DNA of 62,550 bases, the filler included. It is 8 parts of 8 records of this genome, joined end to end, with 100 filler letters (N's around TTAATTAATTAA, not from the genome) between each part and the next. Parts side by side here need not be neighbours in the genome. Positions count along the whole stretch, not along the records: positions 30,860 to 37,464 come from SRR31147125_33458; positions 37,565 to 43,193 come from SRR31147125_33495; 6 more parts are not named here. One strand, written 5' to 3'. Below are positions 30,950-42,089 of this stretch, piece after piece; within the stretch, counting starts at the first letter, position 1; every line of letters begins with the position of its first letter. The notes beneath the pieces were generated by a model, which worked only from the letters and a program-made list of their open reading frames with translations, did not search any database and was not told where the DNA came from. The translations under genes and the position numbers were made by a program.

Positions 30950-31185
30950 ACAATGGCAGAGGCAACATGCTAAACCCTGCAATAAATTTTTTATCTCTTT
31001 CCTTGACAGAATTATTTCTGAAAGATAATGCTAACATTGTTCAATGGCCATAACCGGACTCTCCACTCCAAAACAAAGCATCGGCATCTCACATCAATAC
31101 CCCCTACCTAAAGTTGAGATGCCCGGCGAACGAGATTCCAGCAAAGCCACTCACCTTAACGCATTACATAGTTTGAGGAGTTTCC

Positions 31186-33920
31186 ATGAAGAAACAAGGA
31201 AGGTTGCTGAAAAGTCTATTGGTATGGACAACAGGATTATATGTCCTATTGATGAGCGCCGGAGGCATCATGGCGGATACCTGCGCTACAATGGATCAGG
31301 ATTTAACGCTGTCACTCCCTTGCGTTGAATATGAAGGAACCCAATTGATGCTTCCTTTGGTTCCATATGAAAATCCAAACGCCCAAACTCCGTTCGAATT
31401 TTACTGGACATTGGGTAACATCAGCCTACTTGAGGCGGACCCAAATTGCGCATCCCTATCGATCCCATCGGATTTGACCATCACATTGCCGTGTATCAAC
31501 TATTACGGAACCCATATGAAAGCGACCCTACTACCGATCCTATCCGATCCGTCGCAGATCATGTGGAAACTTGACCTCAACTCTCTTGATCTATTGAACT
31601 TACCCGTCACGACCACTCGGGATGAAAAAGGCGTGTGGTTCATCACCGGAGATGAAAATGCAGATCTCTACACAACCTTTGAAGCGATGGGATACGCAGT
31701 TGCTTCAGATCGCCTATGGCAGGCGGAAAAATATCGACGCATGGGCCGAGGCACCCTTGCCGAAATTTTTGGGGAAGGCCAGCTTCAAAGCGATATTCAA
31801 GTGCGTACCACCGGATATTCCGATGAAGAATATGAGCAGCTGTTTGATGAACTGGATCTGGAGACCCAATCGGTCATCAACGGCTATGTCGCCGGGTTTA
31901 ACAGAAGAATTGCCGAAGTGACCGAAGATAGAAGCCAACTTCCTTTTGAATTCCATGCCTTGGGCGCTTCATTGGGTATCGACTTGATACCGGCACCATG
32001 GACAACCACCGATATCCTGGCGTGGGCCACCAACATGCTTCGTTACTTTGACGGGGAAGCCACTGAACAAGGCCAGATAGACAACCTGGCCCTCTATCAG
32101 ACACTTCAGGCTTCATATCCGGAAGATTATCAAGCCATGTTCCAGGACATGAGATGGGAAAACGACCCTGATGCCACCACATACATCGCCAAGAAGAGTG
32201 CCCCGTCAATCACATCGAATATTGAAAAGAATTTTTCGGATCTTTTCGACCTTTCTTGTGATTTCCAAGAGATCTCAAACGAAATGGAAGCAACCCATGA
32301 GGCCATTGTCGCCAACCTTAAAGAGATCAACGCCTATGTAAAAATGGGAAGTTATGCCTGGGTCGTTTCCGGTGATAAAACCCAAAGCGGTAACCCCATC
32401 CTCTATTCCGGTCCTCAAATGGATCACGCCTTTGACTTTTCTGTTCCTTCCATTGTCACTGAAGGGTCAATCAAAGCGGCCGGTCTCAACATCTCCGGTA
32501 TGACCATCCCCGGCATGCCTGCCGTCGTGATTGGAAGAACGCCCCACCATGCATGGTCTATGCAGGTGGGCCACGCCCATACCTTGGATTATTACATCGA
32601 AGATCCATCTGCAGTGTCTCTTCACCGTATCGAAATCATCAAGGTGGCAGGCGGAGAAGATGTGGAGCTCCCGGTTTACAGAACCGTCCACGGCCCGGTG
32701 ATCAATTCCGATCCTGTCATCTCCTGGAAATATTCCCATTGGGAAAAAGAGCCCGGTATGGTTGCCACATATCTTCATTTGGCAAGAGCGACAACAATGG
32801 ATCAATTTGGGGAGTGTATCGATCAGGTATCTCTCTCCCAGCACTACTGTTATGCCGACAGATATGGAAACATCGCCTATTGGATGTCCGGATTCGATCC
32901 AGAGAGACCTGAAGGTATTGATAGACGGTTTCCACAACCCGGTGATGGAACCGCAGAGTGGGGAGATCCTGTTGTTTATAAAGCTCGCTCCCACGAACGG
33001 AATGCCGCCAGAGGATTCTACAGTGGATGGAACAGCCGCTCCAGTCATGATTATCCAAACGCTGCAAATACCCCTTCCTATTATTTCGGTCCCTTTCACA
33101 GAGGACATATTTTGGAAGATTATCTTTCAAGCCATGAGAGTCTTACCTTTGAGGATGTACGGGATCTTGCGCTTTACATCGCGACAACCGACTCCATCCG
33201 AAATGAGTATCTCGTCTTTGATTTCGACACCTACGGGGATGGGGAAATCCTTGGAAATTCGTGAGTACCGATTTTACCGCTGCAGTTAAAGCCAACGCAA
33301 CAGACAGCAGAACCGCGGCATTGACACTGCTGAATGGATGGGATGGACATTTTGTTAAAGGCGGACAAGAAAACTGGGCCTTTGGAACGGATCGATCCGA
33401 CGCCTGGATCCTCATGAATCAGTGGATCAATGAAGTACTGAAACTCACCTTCTTTGATGAGCTGGGAGATACCGAAAATCGTGTAACTCTTTTCAACATG
33501 CTGTTACACGGCCTTCCGCAATTCAATGCAACCATTCAAAACGCCTACAACTGGTTCCAAAACAGAGTCGACGAATCCGCGCCCCAAACATTGGATGAAA
33601 TTATCGTATCGGGTCTTGACAATGCCCTTGCAGCTCTGGGGGAACAGCCTTGGGGGATAAACAAACGAGGGGAGATGACGTACACCCATGAAATGTTAGG
33701 CGCACTACACAGTATGCCCACAGCGTCCCGCTCTACATATGGGCAGTGTGTGGAAATGGGAAGTGAGGGGCCGGTACGTATTGAGAGTATGTTGCCTTTG
33801 GGGGAATCCGGCACCATTTTGATGGATGCTGACGGCGCTCCGGTGTTCGATCCAAATTTTTTCAGCATGTCGGAAATATATGACGGTTTCCAGCATCGTG
33901 ATTTTCCGTTGAACAATTAA
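31186..33920 (+). CDS. Secreted penicillin acylase family (S45) protein with N-terminal repeat domain; frameshift at about 33243
   Basis: RDEKGV, GYAVASDRLWQ, GSYAWVV nucleophile, RTVHGP; reading continues as GNPWKFVSTDF… after the G4 run. Confidence 0.88.
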
Positions 33921-33946
33921 TATCAATCCTTGACTGCTGCTTGACG

Positions 33947-33982
33947 GCTTGAGCGGTCGATGTCTCAATCAACCGCTCAAGC
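33947..33982. terminator. Inverted repeat between convergent genes
   Basis: GCTTGAGCGGT…ACCGCTCAAGC. Confidence 0.55.
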
Positions 33983-34011
33983 GTATTTCTTGACCCCTCT
34001 TTATTCCATCA

Positions 34012-34610
34012 TCACAAAATCAAACTGCCGCCGATACTCCACATGGTGACGCACACCACACTGTCCAACACTCTCCAGGCCATGGGCTTTTGGAACAGCG
34101 GTCTCAATAAACTCCCCCCAACTCAAAAGAAAGAACCAAACAAACGACGCGGTGATGGCTCCGGCGGCAAAATGGACTTTCTGCGCTCCCAGAAACCGAC
34201 CGGCAATACTGCCCATCAAAAGAAGTGTATCTATATAGACATGGGGGTTGAGCAGCGTCAAGGCAAGGGTCGTCAAAACGGCAGCCTTGAACGTCGCCGT
34301 GGTCACCTGACTCTCCTCCAGCGAGGTCGATCGAAATGCCGACCGAAGAGACAGGGCACCATACCAAAAGAGAAACCCAGCCCCCCCCCCATGTGGCAAG
34401 CCGGGCAAGCTGAGGATTCTCGGAAACAAGGCGTCCCATTCCCGAAACCCCGGCAGCAATGAGGATCGCATCACATACGGCGCAGATGAGCGGGATGATG
34501 ATCCAGTATTGCCGCTTGATTCCTTGGGTCAATACAAATGCATTCTGCGCCCCAATGGCGACAATCAATCCGGCTCCCACTCCAAATCCTTTCAAAAAGA
34601 CCAATAACAT
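34012..34610 (-). CDS. argO: LysE/ArgO amino-acid exporter, two frameshifts at G-runs
   Basis: IVAIGAQNAFVL and LLNPHVYIDT motifs lie in different frames; C10 run at 34381-34390, C6 run at 34114-34119. Confidence 0.88.
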
Positions 34611-34792
34611 TTGTCACCTCCATCTATTTTCCATCCTAAATTTATATCGTTTCGAATCCTCTTGTTTTACTTCATTAAAAGCGCTTATTTCTTGAGACGT
34701 CTCACCGTGAGCAGCAGTATTCAAACAAACGGATCGAGTAAAGTAAAATTAATTGTTTTTATATATAATTAATTTTGATAATAATCATACCT

Positions 34793-35706
34793 ATGATTGA
34801 ACTCAAATTTATGGAAGCCCTTGCAGCGGTTATTGATCAAGGGGGCTTTGAAAAAGCCTCCAAAGTCCTCCACATTACCCAATCCGCCATCTCCCAACGG
34901 GTAAAACAGCTCGAAGAGATGACCGGCCAGATTTTATTGATCCGAAGCACCCCACCGGTTCCCACCGCAGCAGGCACCCGCATCATCAAGCACTTCCGGC
35001 AGATTAAGCAATTGGAAGACGAACTGATTGAAAGCCTCTCTCCCACACGGGAAAAAAATTTACCTCATTGGCCATCGGTATCAATGCCGACAGCCTGGCC
35101 TTTTGGTTTTTGGATGCCGTTATTCCGTTTTTAAGACAGGAATATGTGACGCTGGACATTCGTGTCGACGATCAAGATCAAACCCACAGAATGCTTCGGG
35201 ACGGCGAAGTGTTCGGATGCATCAGCGCCCTTGACGTTTCCGTGCAGGGATGCGGCACCCGCTTTCTCGGGTATATGACCTACCGCCTGGTGGCAACACC
35301 GAAATTTGTCTCCAGATGGTTTCCCAATATCGATCTGTCCGATCCGATAAGAACCTTGGAATATGTTAAGAAAGCGCCGATGCTCATATTCAATCAAAAA
35401 GATGAGCTGCAGCACCGGGTACTTCGAAATGCCTTGAAAACCACCATTCCGGATGACATTCCCATTCACTGCATTCCCTCTTCCGAACAATTTCTCACCT
35501 TTATTGCCGAGGGAATGGCTTACGGCGTTCTGCCGGATATTCAAAGTCGTCCGCTGCTTGAGGCGGGAAAGCTTGTCGAACTGTTTCCCATGCACTCGGA
35601 GCGGGTCCCGCTCTACTGGCACTGCTGGACCATCAAATCCCGCTTTTTGGAACGATTTTCCAATAGTTTTATTGACAATGCATCAACTTTATTGGAATCT
35701 TCTTGA
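34793..35706 (+). CDS. argP: LysR-family regulator ArgP/LysG, frameshift at A7 run
   Basis: HITQSAISQRVKQLE; IGINADSLA; LYWHCW; divergent from argO. Confidence 0.9.
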
Positions 35707-35743
35707 TCCCAATAAATGAAAAGCATCTCAAGAAGATAGAAGT

Positions 35744-35917
35744 ATCACCAATGCCCTGCCCCATGTCAGCCCCTCCATATCCGGCGTGGTACTGTTGGCT
35801 CAGCCGGCCCTGGCGTTTGTGTGGGATGTCCTGTTCTTCAGTCGTCCCACCGATTTTGTGAGCTGGTGCGGGGTGGGGCTCACACTGGTTGCCATCTATC
35901 TGGCCACCAAGCGATAG
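35744..35917 (+). pseudogene. C-terminal remnant of a DMT/EamA transporter
   Basis: ITNALPHVSPSISGVVLLAQPALAFVWDVLFF…AIYLATKR*; no in-frame start, upstream stop. Confidence 0.6.
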
Positions 35918-36238
35918 GTGAGAGAGCTCGCCTATCTCATTGAGTACCATAGAAATAATTTCTGCGTTTTTTTGGCAAGAAATTATCTCGTTGAGGGACT
36001 TATCCGGTTTGGCCGGGTTAGGCGATTCTCATTTCAAAGGCAGTAAACCCCATTCGGTCTATGAACATAGACTTATTTCATTTCAAAATCATTTCAAGCA
36101 TTTGTATTGGAAAAATATCTTGGATTTTTCCCTCTGTTTTTTTTATTTTTCAATTTTCTATTCCCGGTGATTTGCCTTACTTGTGAATCCCCACCCATGA
36201 ACACCGCTTTAAAGCTCAAAAAATCAATGGAGAAATCT

Positions 36239-37273
36239 ATGAAAACACTGTCAAAGACAATCGTCATGCTCACTGTCATGTTAACCGCCGGAATGGCGTT
36301 TGCCAAAGCCCCGTCCGGTGTCGTGACCTTTACCGTCACCCCTGCCGTCACGGAGAATACGGAAACCGTCACTGTCTGGCTCCCCTATCCCATGAGTGAT
36401 GCGTTTCAGACCATCAGTCATATGGAGATCAAGGGAAATTACGGGAAATCAGCCGTTTACCGGGATCCTTCCTCGGAGGCAGTCTATTTTTTCGCTGCCT
36501 GGGACGCCCCTGTGACAGCGCCCCAATGTACCATGCAGTTTCATATCGATCAGAAAAATAGAAAGGACGCCCACCTCAATGAATCCCAAAATGCCTTTCC
36601 TGCCATTGTCACCAAATACCTGAAGGCCACGGAACAGATTCCGGCCGATGATGCCGAGATGAAGGCCATCGCAAAAAAAGCGGTTAAAGGCAAGACAGGC
36701 ACACTTGAAAAGGCAAAGGGAATCTATGACTGGGTGGTGGAGCACACCTACAGAGATCCCAACGTAAAAGGGTGTGGTCTTGGACTTCCCGTAAGAACCC
36801 TCAATCAATGCAGCGGCGGCGGAAAGTGTGCCGATTTGAGTACCGTGTTTGTCACCCTTGCGCGGGCAGCGGGAATACCGGCACGGGATGTTTACGGCCT
36901 TCGCCTCTCTTCCCCAAAAGACGGCGATGTCACCAGCGGATTTCACTGCTGGGCGGAATTCTACCTTCAAGGCACCGGATGGGTGATGGTGGATCCTGCA
37001 GATGTCAGAAAAATGATGTTGGTCCACAAATTGAATCTGGAAGATGCCGATACCGATCAATGGCGGGATTTCTTCTGGGGCGGAGATGATCTGTTCCGGG
37101 TGGTTCTGGAGAAAAATTCACGGGGCGTCTCCCTCAACGGTGCAGATCAAACAGTCAACTATTTCATGTATCCGGCCGCCCAGGTCGACGGCACCATGCT
37201 CAACTACTTTGATGCGGCCGCATTCAGCTACAAAGTGGAATTCAAACAGGATCGACTGGTGGCAGACAAATAA
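36239..37273 (+). CDS. Secreted transglutaminase-like protein
   Basis: Signal peptide; GKCAD, HCWAEFY, W..VDP catalytic triad motifs. Confidence 0.92.
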   Translation: MKTLSKTIVMLTVMLTAGMAFAKAPSGVVTFTVTPAVTENTETVTVWLPYPMSDAFQTISHMEIKGNYGKSAVYRDPSSEAVYFFAAWDAPVTAPQCTMQFHIDQKNRKDAHLNESQNAFPAIVTKYLKATEQIPADDAEMKAIAKKAVKGKTGTLEKAKGIYDWVVEHTYRDPNVKGCGLGLPVRTLNQCSGGGKCADLSTVFVTLARAAGIPARDVYGLRLSSPKDGDVTSGFHCWAEFYLQGTGWVMVDPADVRKMMLVHKLNLEDADTDQWRDFFWGGDDLFRVVLEKNSRGVSLNGADQTVNYFMYPAAQVDGTMLNYFDAAAFSYKVEFKQDRLVADK

Positions 37274-37401
37274 CCCACGACATCCCATCTCTCCCAACCC
37301 GGCATGAACAAAGGCGGATTGCACAACAGAAGTCAGTACCCGGACTAAAATCTTTCCGACTTTGGAATAGGGTTTAAATAAGTTGCCCATTTTTGCGTTT
37401 A

Positions 37402-37426
37402 GGGGACGGAGTTTTAATCTGTCCCC
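37402..37426. repeat. REP-like palindrome GGGGACGGA…TCTGTCCCC
   Basis: Imperfect inverted repeat near the contig end. Confidence 0.5.
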
Positions 37427-37464
37427 GTTTTTACATGGAAAGCAATTTATGTCCTATTGTTTAT

Positions 37465-37564
37465 NNNNNNNNNNNNNNNNNNNNNNNNNNNNNNNNNNNN
37501 NNNNNNNNTTAATTAATTAANNNNNNNNNNNNNNNNNNNNNNNNNNNNNNNNNNNNNNNNNNNN
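37465..37564. other. Artificial contig linker
   Basis: N44-TTAATTAATTAA-N44. Confidence 0.99.
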
Positions 37565-37712
37565 CGAATGCTCGTATCGGGAATCCAGGGTGGACAGGGG
37601 GTTAGTTGTAACCATTTTTCTCATATCACTGTACTACCTGTTCAAGCATTATTTTTTAAAAAAACAGTAAAAATCTATGCAATAAAATCTCTCCTTTTAC
37701 GTCTATAATAGC

Positions 37713-38261
37713 ATGAAAAACAAAACGAGACAAAAAGCACTCTCTGACTTTTTTAAAAAGGAATATTCGAATCTTGTGTTATTTGTTCAACGCCTGATTA
37801 CGGATACAGCATCCAGAGACAGTCAGGATATTGTCCAGGATGTGGCGTTTAATTTATTTAGTGCAACAGACATTACCATTCCAATTGAAAATCTGTCCGC
37901 CTATATCTATCGCGCCATCCGCAACCGGGTTGTAGATGAATTCCGTAAACGCAGGGAACATGTTGTCTCCCTTGAACAAGAGGTTTATTCAGATTCCAAC
38001 CTGAAACTAGCGGATGTCATTGAGGACAGCCGACAGGATCTGCCACAGATGCTGCAGGATAAAGAAATACGAAATCAACTGTTCAATGCGATGGATGCAT
38101 TAAAACCGGAACAAAAAGCGGTTATTATCGAAACCGAGTTTGAGAACCGCACGTTCCGTGAACTATCGGAAGAATGGAATATTCCAATCGGAACTCTACT
38201 GGCAAGAAAGTCTCGTGGATTACAATCGATACGAACAGCGCTTGCTGCTTCGGCGATATAA
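37713..38261 (+). CDS. ECF RNA polymerase sigma factor
   Basis: DIVQDV, YIYRAIRN, region 4 FRELSEEWNIPIGTLLARKSR. Confidence 0.92.
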   Translation: MKNKTRQKALSDFFKKEYSNLVLFVQRLITDTASRDSQDIVQDVAFNLFSATDITIPIENLSAYIYRAIRNRVVDEFRKRREHVVSLEQEVYSDSNLKLADVIEDSRQDLPQMLQDKEIRNQLFNAMDALKPEQKAVIIETEFENRTFRELSEEWNIPIGTLLARKSRGLQSIRTALAASAI

Positions 38262-38276
38262 AAAGGAGGAATTATC

Positions 38277-38690
38277 ATGTATCACAGTCATTATTTTCAT
38301 TTACACAAAACATCAAAAAATCCCTTAGCAATGGCTTTGCGTATATCCAGTCTGGTATTAATGGGATTGGCATTCGCTATCATCTTTTCACTTGTTTTCA
38401 GCTTTGTTCTACAATGGCTATGGAATTCTGTGCTAACGGACGTATTAAACGTTAACACGATCACATTCTGGCAGGCGTTTGCTGTATTGATACTGGCTAA
38501 AATTCTTTTTGGAGGGCTTCATCATACCATGGGTCCTCGACATATCAGGAGATGGCACTATGATGGGGATACCAAAAAAGTAAAACCACCTTTACCGGAA
38601 GATCAACAAAAACATTATGAACAATACTGGCAGCAAGAGGGCAAAGCCGCGTTTGAGGCGTATTTGCAAAAGATGGAAAAGGACTCTTAA
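38277..38690 (+). CDS. Small membrane protein co-transcribed with the ECF sigma factor
   Basis: WLWN…ITFWQA…LAKILFGG; AGGAGG RBS. Confidence 0.8.
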   Translation: MYHSHYFHLHKTSKNPLAMALRISSLVLMGLAFAIIFSLVFSFVLQWLWNSVLTDVLNVNTITFWQAFAVLILAKILFGGLHHTMGPRHIRRWHYDGDTKKVKPPLPEDQQKHYEQYWQQEGKAAFEAYLQKMEKDS

Positions 38691-38723
38691 TCAGGGCAAG
38701 GGAATAAAATAAAAAATAGATAA

Positions 38724-38740
38724 TCCCGGCATTTTGCCGG
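38724..38740 (+). terminator. Terminator-like hairpin after the ECF operon
   Basis: CCCGGCA-TTT-TGCCGGG. Confidence 0.5.
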
Positions 38741-39062
38741 GAATATCCTTCCTCAGGCGTCCACTCCTGTTAAAAAAACACTCAAATGTGACCTGCTTTT
38801 TTCTTTTCATGTTCAAATTATAAAATATCAACCCATAAAATATCCGGCATGCAAATAGCTAACAAATGTAATATGTAACGATCTGAAATTAGAGCAACTG
38901 GCGACTCTTCACTCTAATGTAAATATATTTCACCGGATTAATTGATCAGTGGTACATTTTTTTTATTATTAAAGATTAAAAAAACTGCCGATTTTTAAAA
39001 TGAGATGTTATACCTGTAAAACGCAAAGTCAGTCTTTTGCATACGATTTCTATGGAGACCTC

Positions 39063-39480
39063 ATGTTCTTTTCCCGACTGCTTCAGTTGGTTTTAATCCC
39101 TATTGTCATCTATTCCATGAGCTGTCATAAAGAATCATCTCCCACAACACCAACTCTGGAAGGCATTGGATTGCCTGTGAATGTGACGCTCTTTTCGCAC
39201 AATGAAGACACCTGGCAGATTGATACACTGGTAAAATATGAAGGTTATCGTTCAAATCTTGTTGAACGGTTGCAACTCATTCATGAGTTTGGCGCGACAT
39301 TAAACTGGCAAACCGATGTGACCGTATTGGAATCTATGATGCACTTTAAAAATGAGACTCTGGCAACCCAAACAAATGGCAAAAATATACTGCATTATCT
39401 CACAGAGGATATGGATTTTTGCATCGAACCCTACACATAAAAGCAATTTCACGGATGTGGCCTATCTAATCCGGCAATGA
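39063..39480 (+). pseudogene. Truncated lipoprotein gene
   Basis: Lipobox-like SMSC; ORF stops at 39440 and another frame continues briefly (HKSNFTDVAYLIRQ*). Confidence 0.45.
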
Positions 39481-39655
39481 GGGATCGACTTTTATATTAT
39501 CGCTATTACGGCTTGTGTATTAGCAGCAATTGTTTAAAAAACAGAACTTTAACATTTCTCTCTGTACTTTTTGCAAATATCAAATATGATGAATGTTGGA
39601 ACACGATTATCCTGAACTATCTGTTATCTTTTAAATGAATACAAAAGGTGTAAAT

Positions 39656-40432
39656 ATGAAAAAATTAGTTAGAACAATTACCATCTTTCTATTTCTTGTT
39701 AGTTTTACAGGGTGTTCAAAAACACCTGATAATACCATAACCCAGATATCAACAATCGACGCTTTATTAGCTGGATTATATGACGGACATCTTTCCTGCC
39801 AGGAACTTTTAAAATACGGTCATTTTGGCATTGGTACTTTTAATAAACTTGATGGAGAAATGATTATTCTTGATGGGCATGTTTATCAAATCAGGTCAGA
39901 CGGGACGGTACACACACCCTCTTTGGATATAACAACACCTTTTGCGTCCATTAGTCGTTTTAAAGCAGACAACACTTTTCCAGTAAAACAGGGGATAAAT
40001 TTCAAAGAACTGGAAAAAGTTATAAATGAAAAGATTCCCAATATGAATATATTCTGTGGCATTAAGGTAAAAGGAACTTTTGCAAAGATGAAGACAAGAA
40101 GTGTTCCCCCGCAGGAAAAGCCATATCCTCTACTTGTTGAGGTCGCAAAAAATCAACCGACATTTAACATGGAACATGTTTCAGGAACTATTGTGGGCTT
40201 TCGCTGTCCAGCCTATGTGAAAGGAATTAATGTACCTGGATATCATTTACATTTTTTAAGTGATGATCTGAAACAAGGAGGGCATATTCTTGAATTTACG
40301 ACCGATGACGTGATAATTAACATAGATACCTGCAACAAGTTTTTCATGATGGTTCCCGATAAAAATAGTGGATTTGACCAAATCGACCTCAATATTGATA
40401 GGGAAAAAGAATTGGAAAAAGTAGAAAAATAA
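39656..40432 (+). CDS. budA: Alpha-acetolactate decarboxylase with lipoprotein-like signal
   Basis: QISTIDALLAGLYDG, GIGTF, GYHLHF, GGH; N-terminal FTGC. Confidence 0.93.
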   Translation: MKKLVRTITIFLFLVSFTGCSKTPDNTITQISTIDALLAGLYDGHLSCQELLKYGHFGIGTFNKLDGEMIILDGHVYQIRSDGTVHTPSLDITTPFASISRFKADNTFPVKQGINFKELEKVINEKIPNMNIFCGIKVKGTFAKMKTRSVPPQEKPYPLLVEVAKNQPTFNMEHVSGTIVGFRCPAYVKGINVPGYHLHFLSDDLKQGGHILEFTTDDVIINIDTCNKFFMMVPDKNSGFDQIDLNIDREKELEKVEK

Positions 40433-40495
40433 AACAACCAGGCGTTGCAGGATGCTTCGTTCCGCTCAAAGCCCCCATGAGCTTTAACGTTACAC
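40432..40495 (+). mobile_element. Degenerate attC-like site
   Basis: AAACAAC-CAGGCGTTGCAG…TGAGCTTTAAC-GTTACAC directly after the budA stop. Confidence 0.45.
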
Positions 40496-40661
40496 AAACT
40501 TGAATACCTGTAACTCCGATACTCTTTTGTGCCGGTTTCTAGCATTGTTCTATTAAATTGTTTTTTAGATAATTATTGAAATTCGCGGTTTCGTACGGGT
40601 ACGTCAAAACCTAGTGAATGATAAAAACCGCACTTGTTTAACAGATTATAGGAGATTTAAT

Positions 40662-41435
40662 ATGAAAATTATCCAATGGGCTGCCGCTATTTTGTTTATA
40701 TGTTTATTCGCGTTAAATTGTTCGAACAATCCAACGAATCCTGAACCGATCCCAACAGGTCATGTGACCGGATACCTCACGAGCATGATGGGCGTTAGCC
40801 CTGTATTAGATGAAACAGTATATCTATTTGATAAATTAGCCAGGGTGGATTCAGTCAATTACGATAACCGTCATTTTTTTATAGATTCCACAACCACGGA
40901 TTCAACCGGATATTATGAACTCAAAGATATCAAACCAGGTGAATATGCTGTTTTTCCCAAACACATCACTCGATTTGATCACGAAAGCTCCAGGGATGCA
41001 TTTGAGTTTAGTATTGAAGGCGGCGAAGATTATGATATTCGTTTCCAGGAACATTTTCAGAGTCAATTCGGTTTTTTTGAAGTGCTTTTCAGGTTAATTA
41101 ACATTCCCGAAGGTCAGGAAGATAAATACAAATACGCCTTTGTCTATCGCCGTGACTGGATATTTTTTGTACCCTATTGGGCATTTAATTTTTCCAGAGA
41201 ACCTTTTCATTCAGAGGGGAATTCCCTGGCGATTCAATTCAGTACAGACTATGGACATACTATCGCAGTCAATACGTTGGACAATTATTTTAAATTTGAG
41301 TTTTACTCAAATGTGAGTGACTTTCACAAAACACCGTCTCTTGAATTAGAATTTGGGACGCCTATATCGGCTACACCCGAATATATGGAATGGACATATG
41401 ATTGTACAACTGGAGAATTAAAACGGATTCCATAA
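40662..41435 (+). CDS. Hypothetical lipoprotein with a carboxypeptidase-regulatory/Cna-B-like domain
   Basis: Lipobox-like ALNC; TTTDSTGYYELKDIKPGEY. Confidence 0.65.
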   Translation: MKIIQWAAAILFICLFALNCSNNPTNPEPIPTGHVTGYLTSMMGVSPVLDETVYLFDKLARVDSVNYDNRHFFIDSTTTDSTGYYELKDIKPGEYAVFPKHITRFDHESSRDAFEFSIEGGEDYDIRFQEHFQSQFGFFEVLFRLINIPEGQEDKYKYAFVYRRDWIFFVPYWAFNFSREPFHSEGNSLAIQFSTDYGHTIAVNTLDNYFKFEFYSNVSDFHKTPSLELEFGTPISATPEYMEWTYDCTTGELKRIP

Positions 41436-41654
41436 AAAAGGGAAATTAACAGCCGTAACTTCCCGGAGGCAGTGCAAAACGAAAGCAGCCTCCGGGAGTG
41501 CTTTTCAATCCACGGCTCAGACAAAATTGCCTACAAAAAACAATCCCATAACATGAGAATTTACTTGCATTTCTACCTCTTTTTCTCTATAATTGATTAA
41601 TTTAGAAAACAGATGTTGGACATTCTGGTAGGGGTACTCTAATGGACAATTTTA

Positions 41655-41702
41655 AAAAAGCGTAAAAAGGTTTTACATATAGAATCTTTTTGCGCTTTTT
41701 TT
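41655..41702. terminator. Long AT-rich inverted repeat
   Basis: AAAAAAGCGTAAAAAGGTTTTA…TAGAATCTTTTTGCGCTTTTTT. Confidence 0.5.
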
Positions 41703-42089
41703 GTTTTACCTATAGTCGCTTTCCCATTCCTTGGGGACTAATTCCATTATTAATAAAAATTACCGAATAACAGTTTGTGCTGCCAGGCACTTGTGATTGA
41801 ATTGATAAATCCAAATATTCAAACAGTGACCCTTCGCCACACTCCCCGTATCAAAGCACGGGACAGGCTGGACAACGATTTTCAGAAACAAAAAAGTTGA
41901 TATTTGAAAAGTAGTATTCACAGTAATTGGCTAAAGATCAAAATGCATTCTATACAAAAGGATCAGCAGCTTTTGTCAGTTTAGCGCATTATTCAGGTTA
42001 TTAGATAAAATAAATTCCAGTGCATTTAAGCCTATAGCAAATGCTTTTGGACATTGATCATCAACCACTTTACAGGAAAGGGTCTTGTT

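Noticed and set aside
30804-31037. ORF containing HPHGRG / SPRAWG
   Set aside because: Spurious translation of the CRISPR repeats.
29764-31186. Apparent link between the adenylation cluster and the CRISPR repeats or penicillin acylase
   Set aside because: They are on different contigs separated by a linker.
33240-33265. Penicillin acylase as two genes (separate subunits) or a UGA read-through
   Set aside because: The break is well inside the beta chain at a G4 run and changes frame, so an indel explains it.
41445-41530. Possible c-di-GMP riboswitch suggested by GCAAAAC/GAAA/GCCTCCGG
   Set aside because: The order and pairing of elements do not fit the two-hairpin GEMM architecture.
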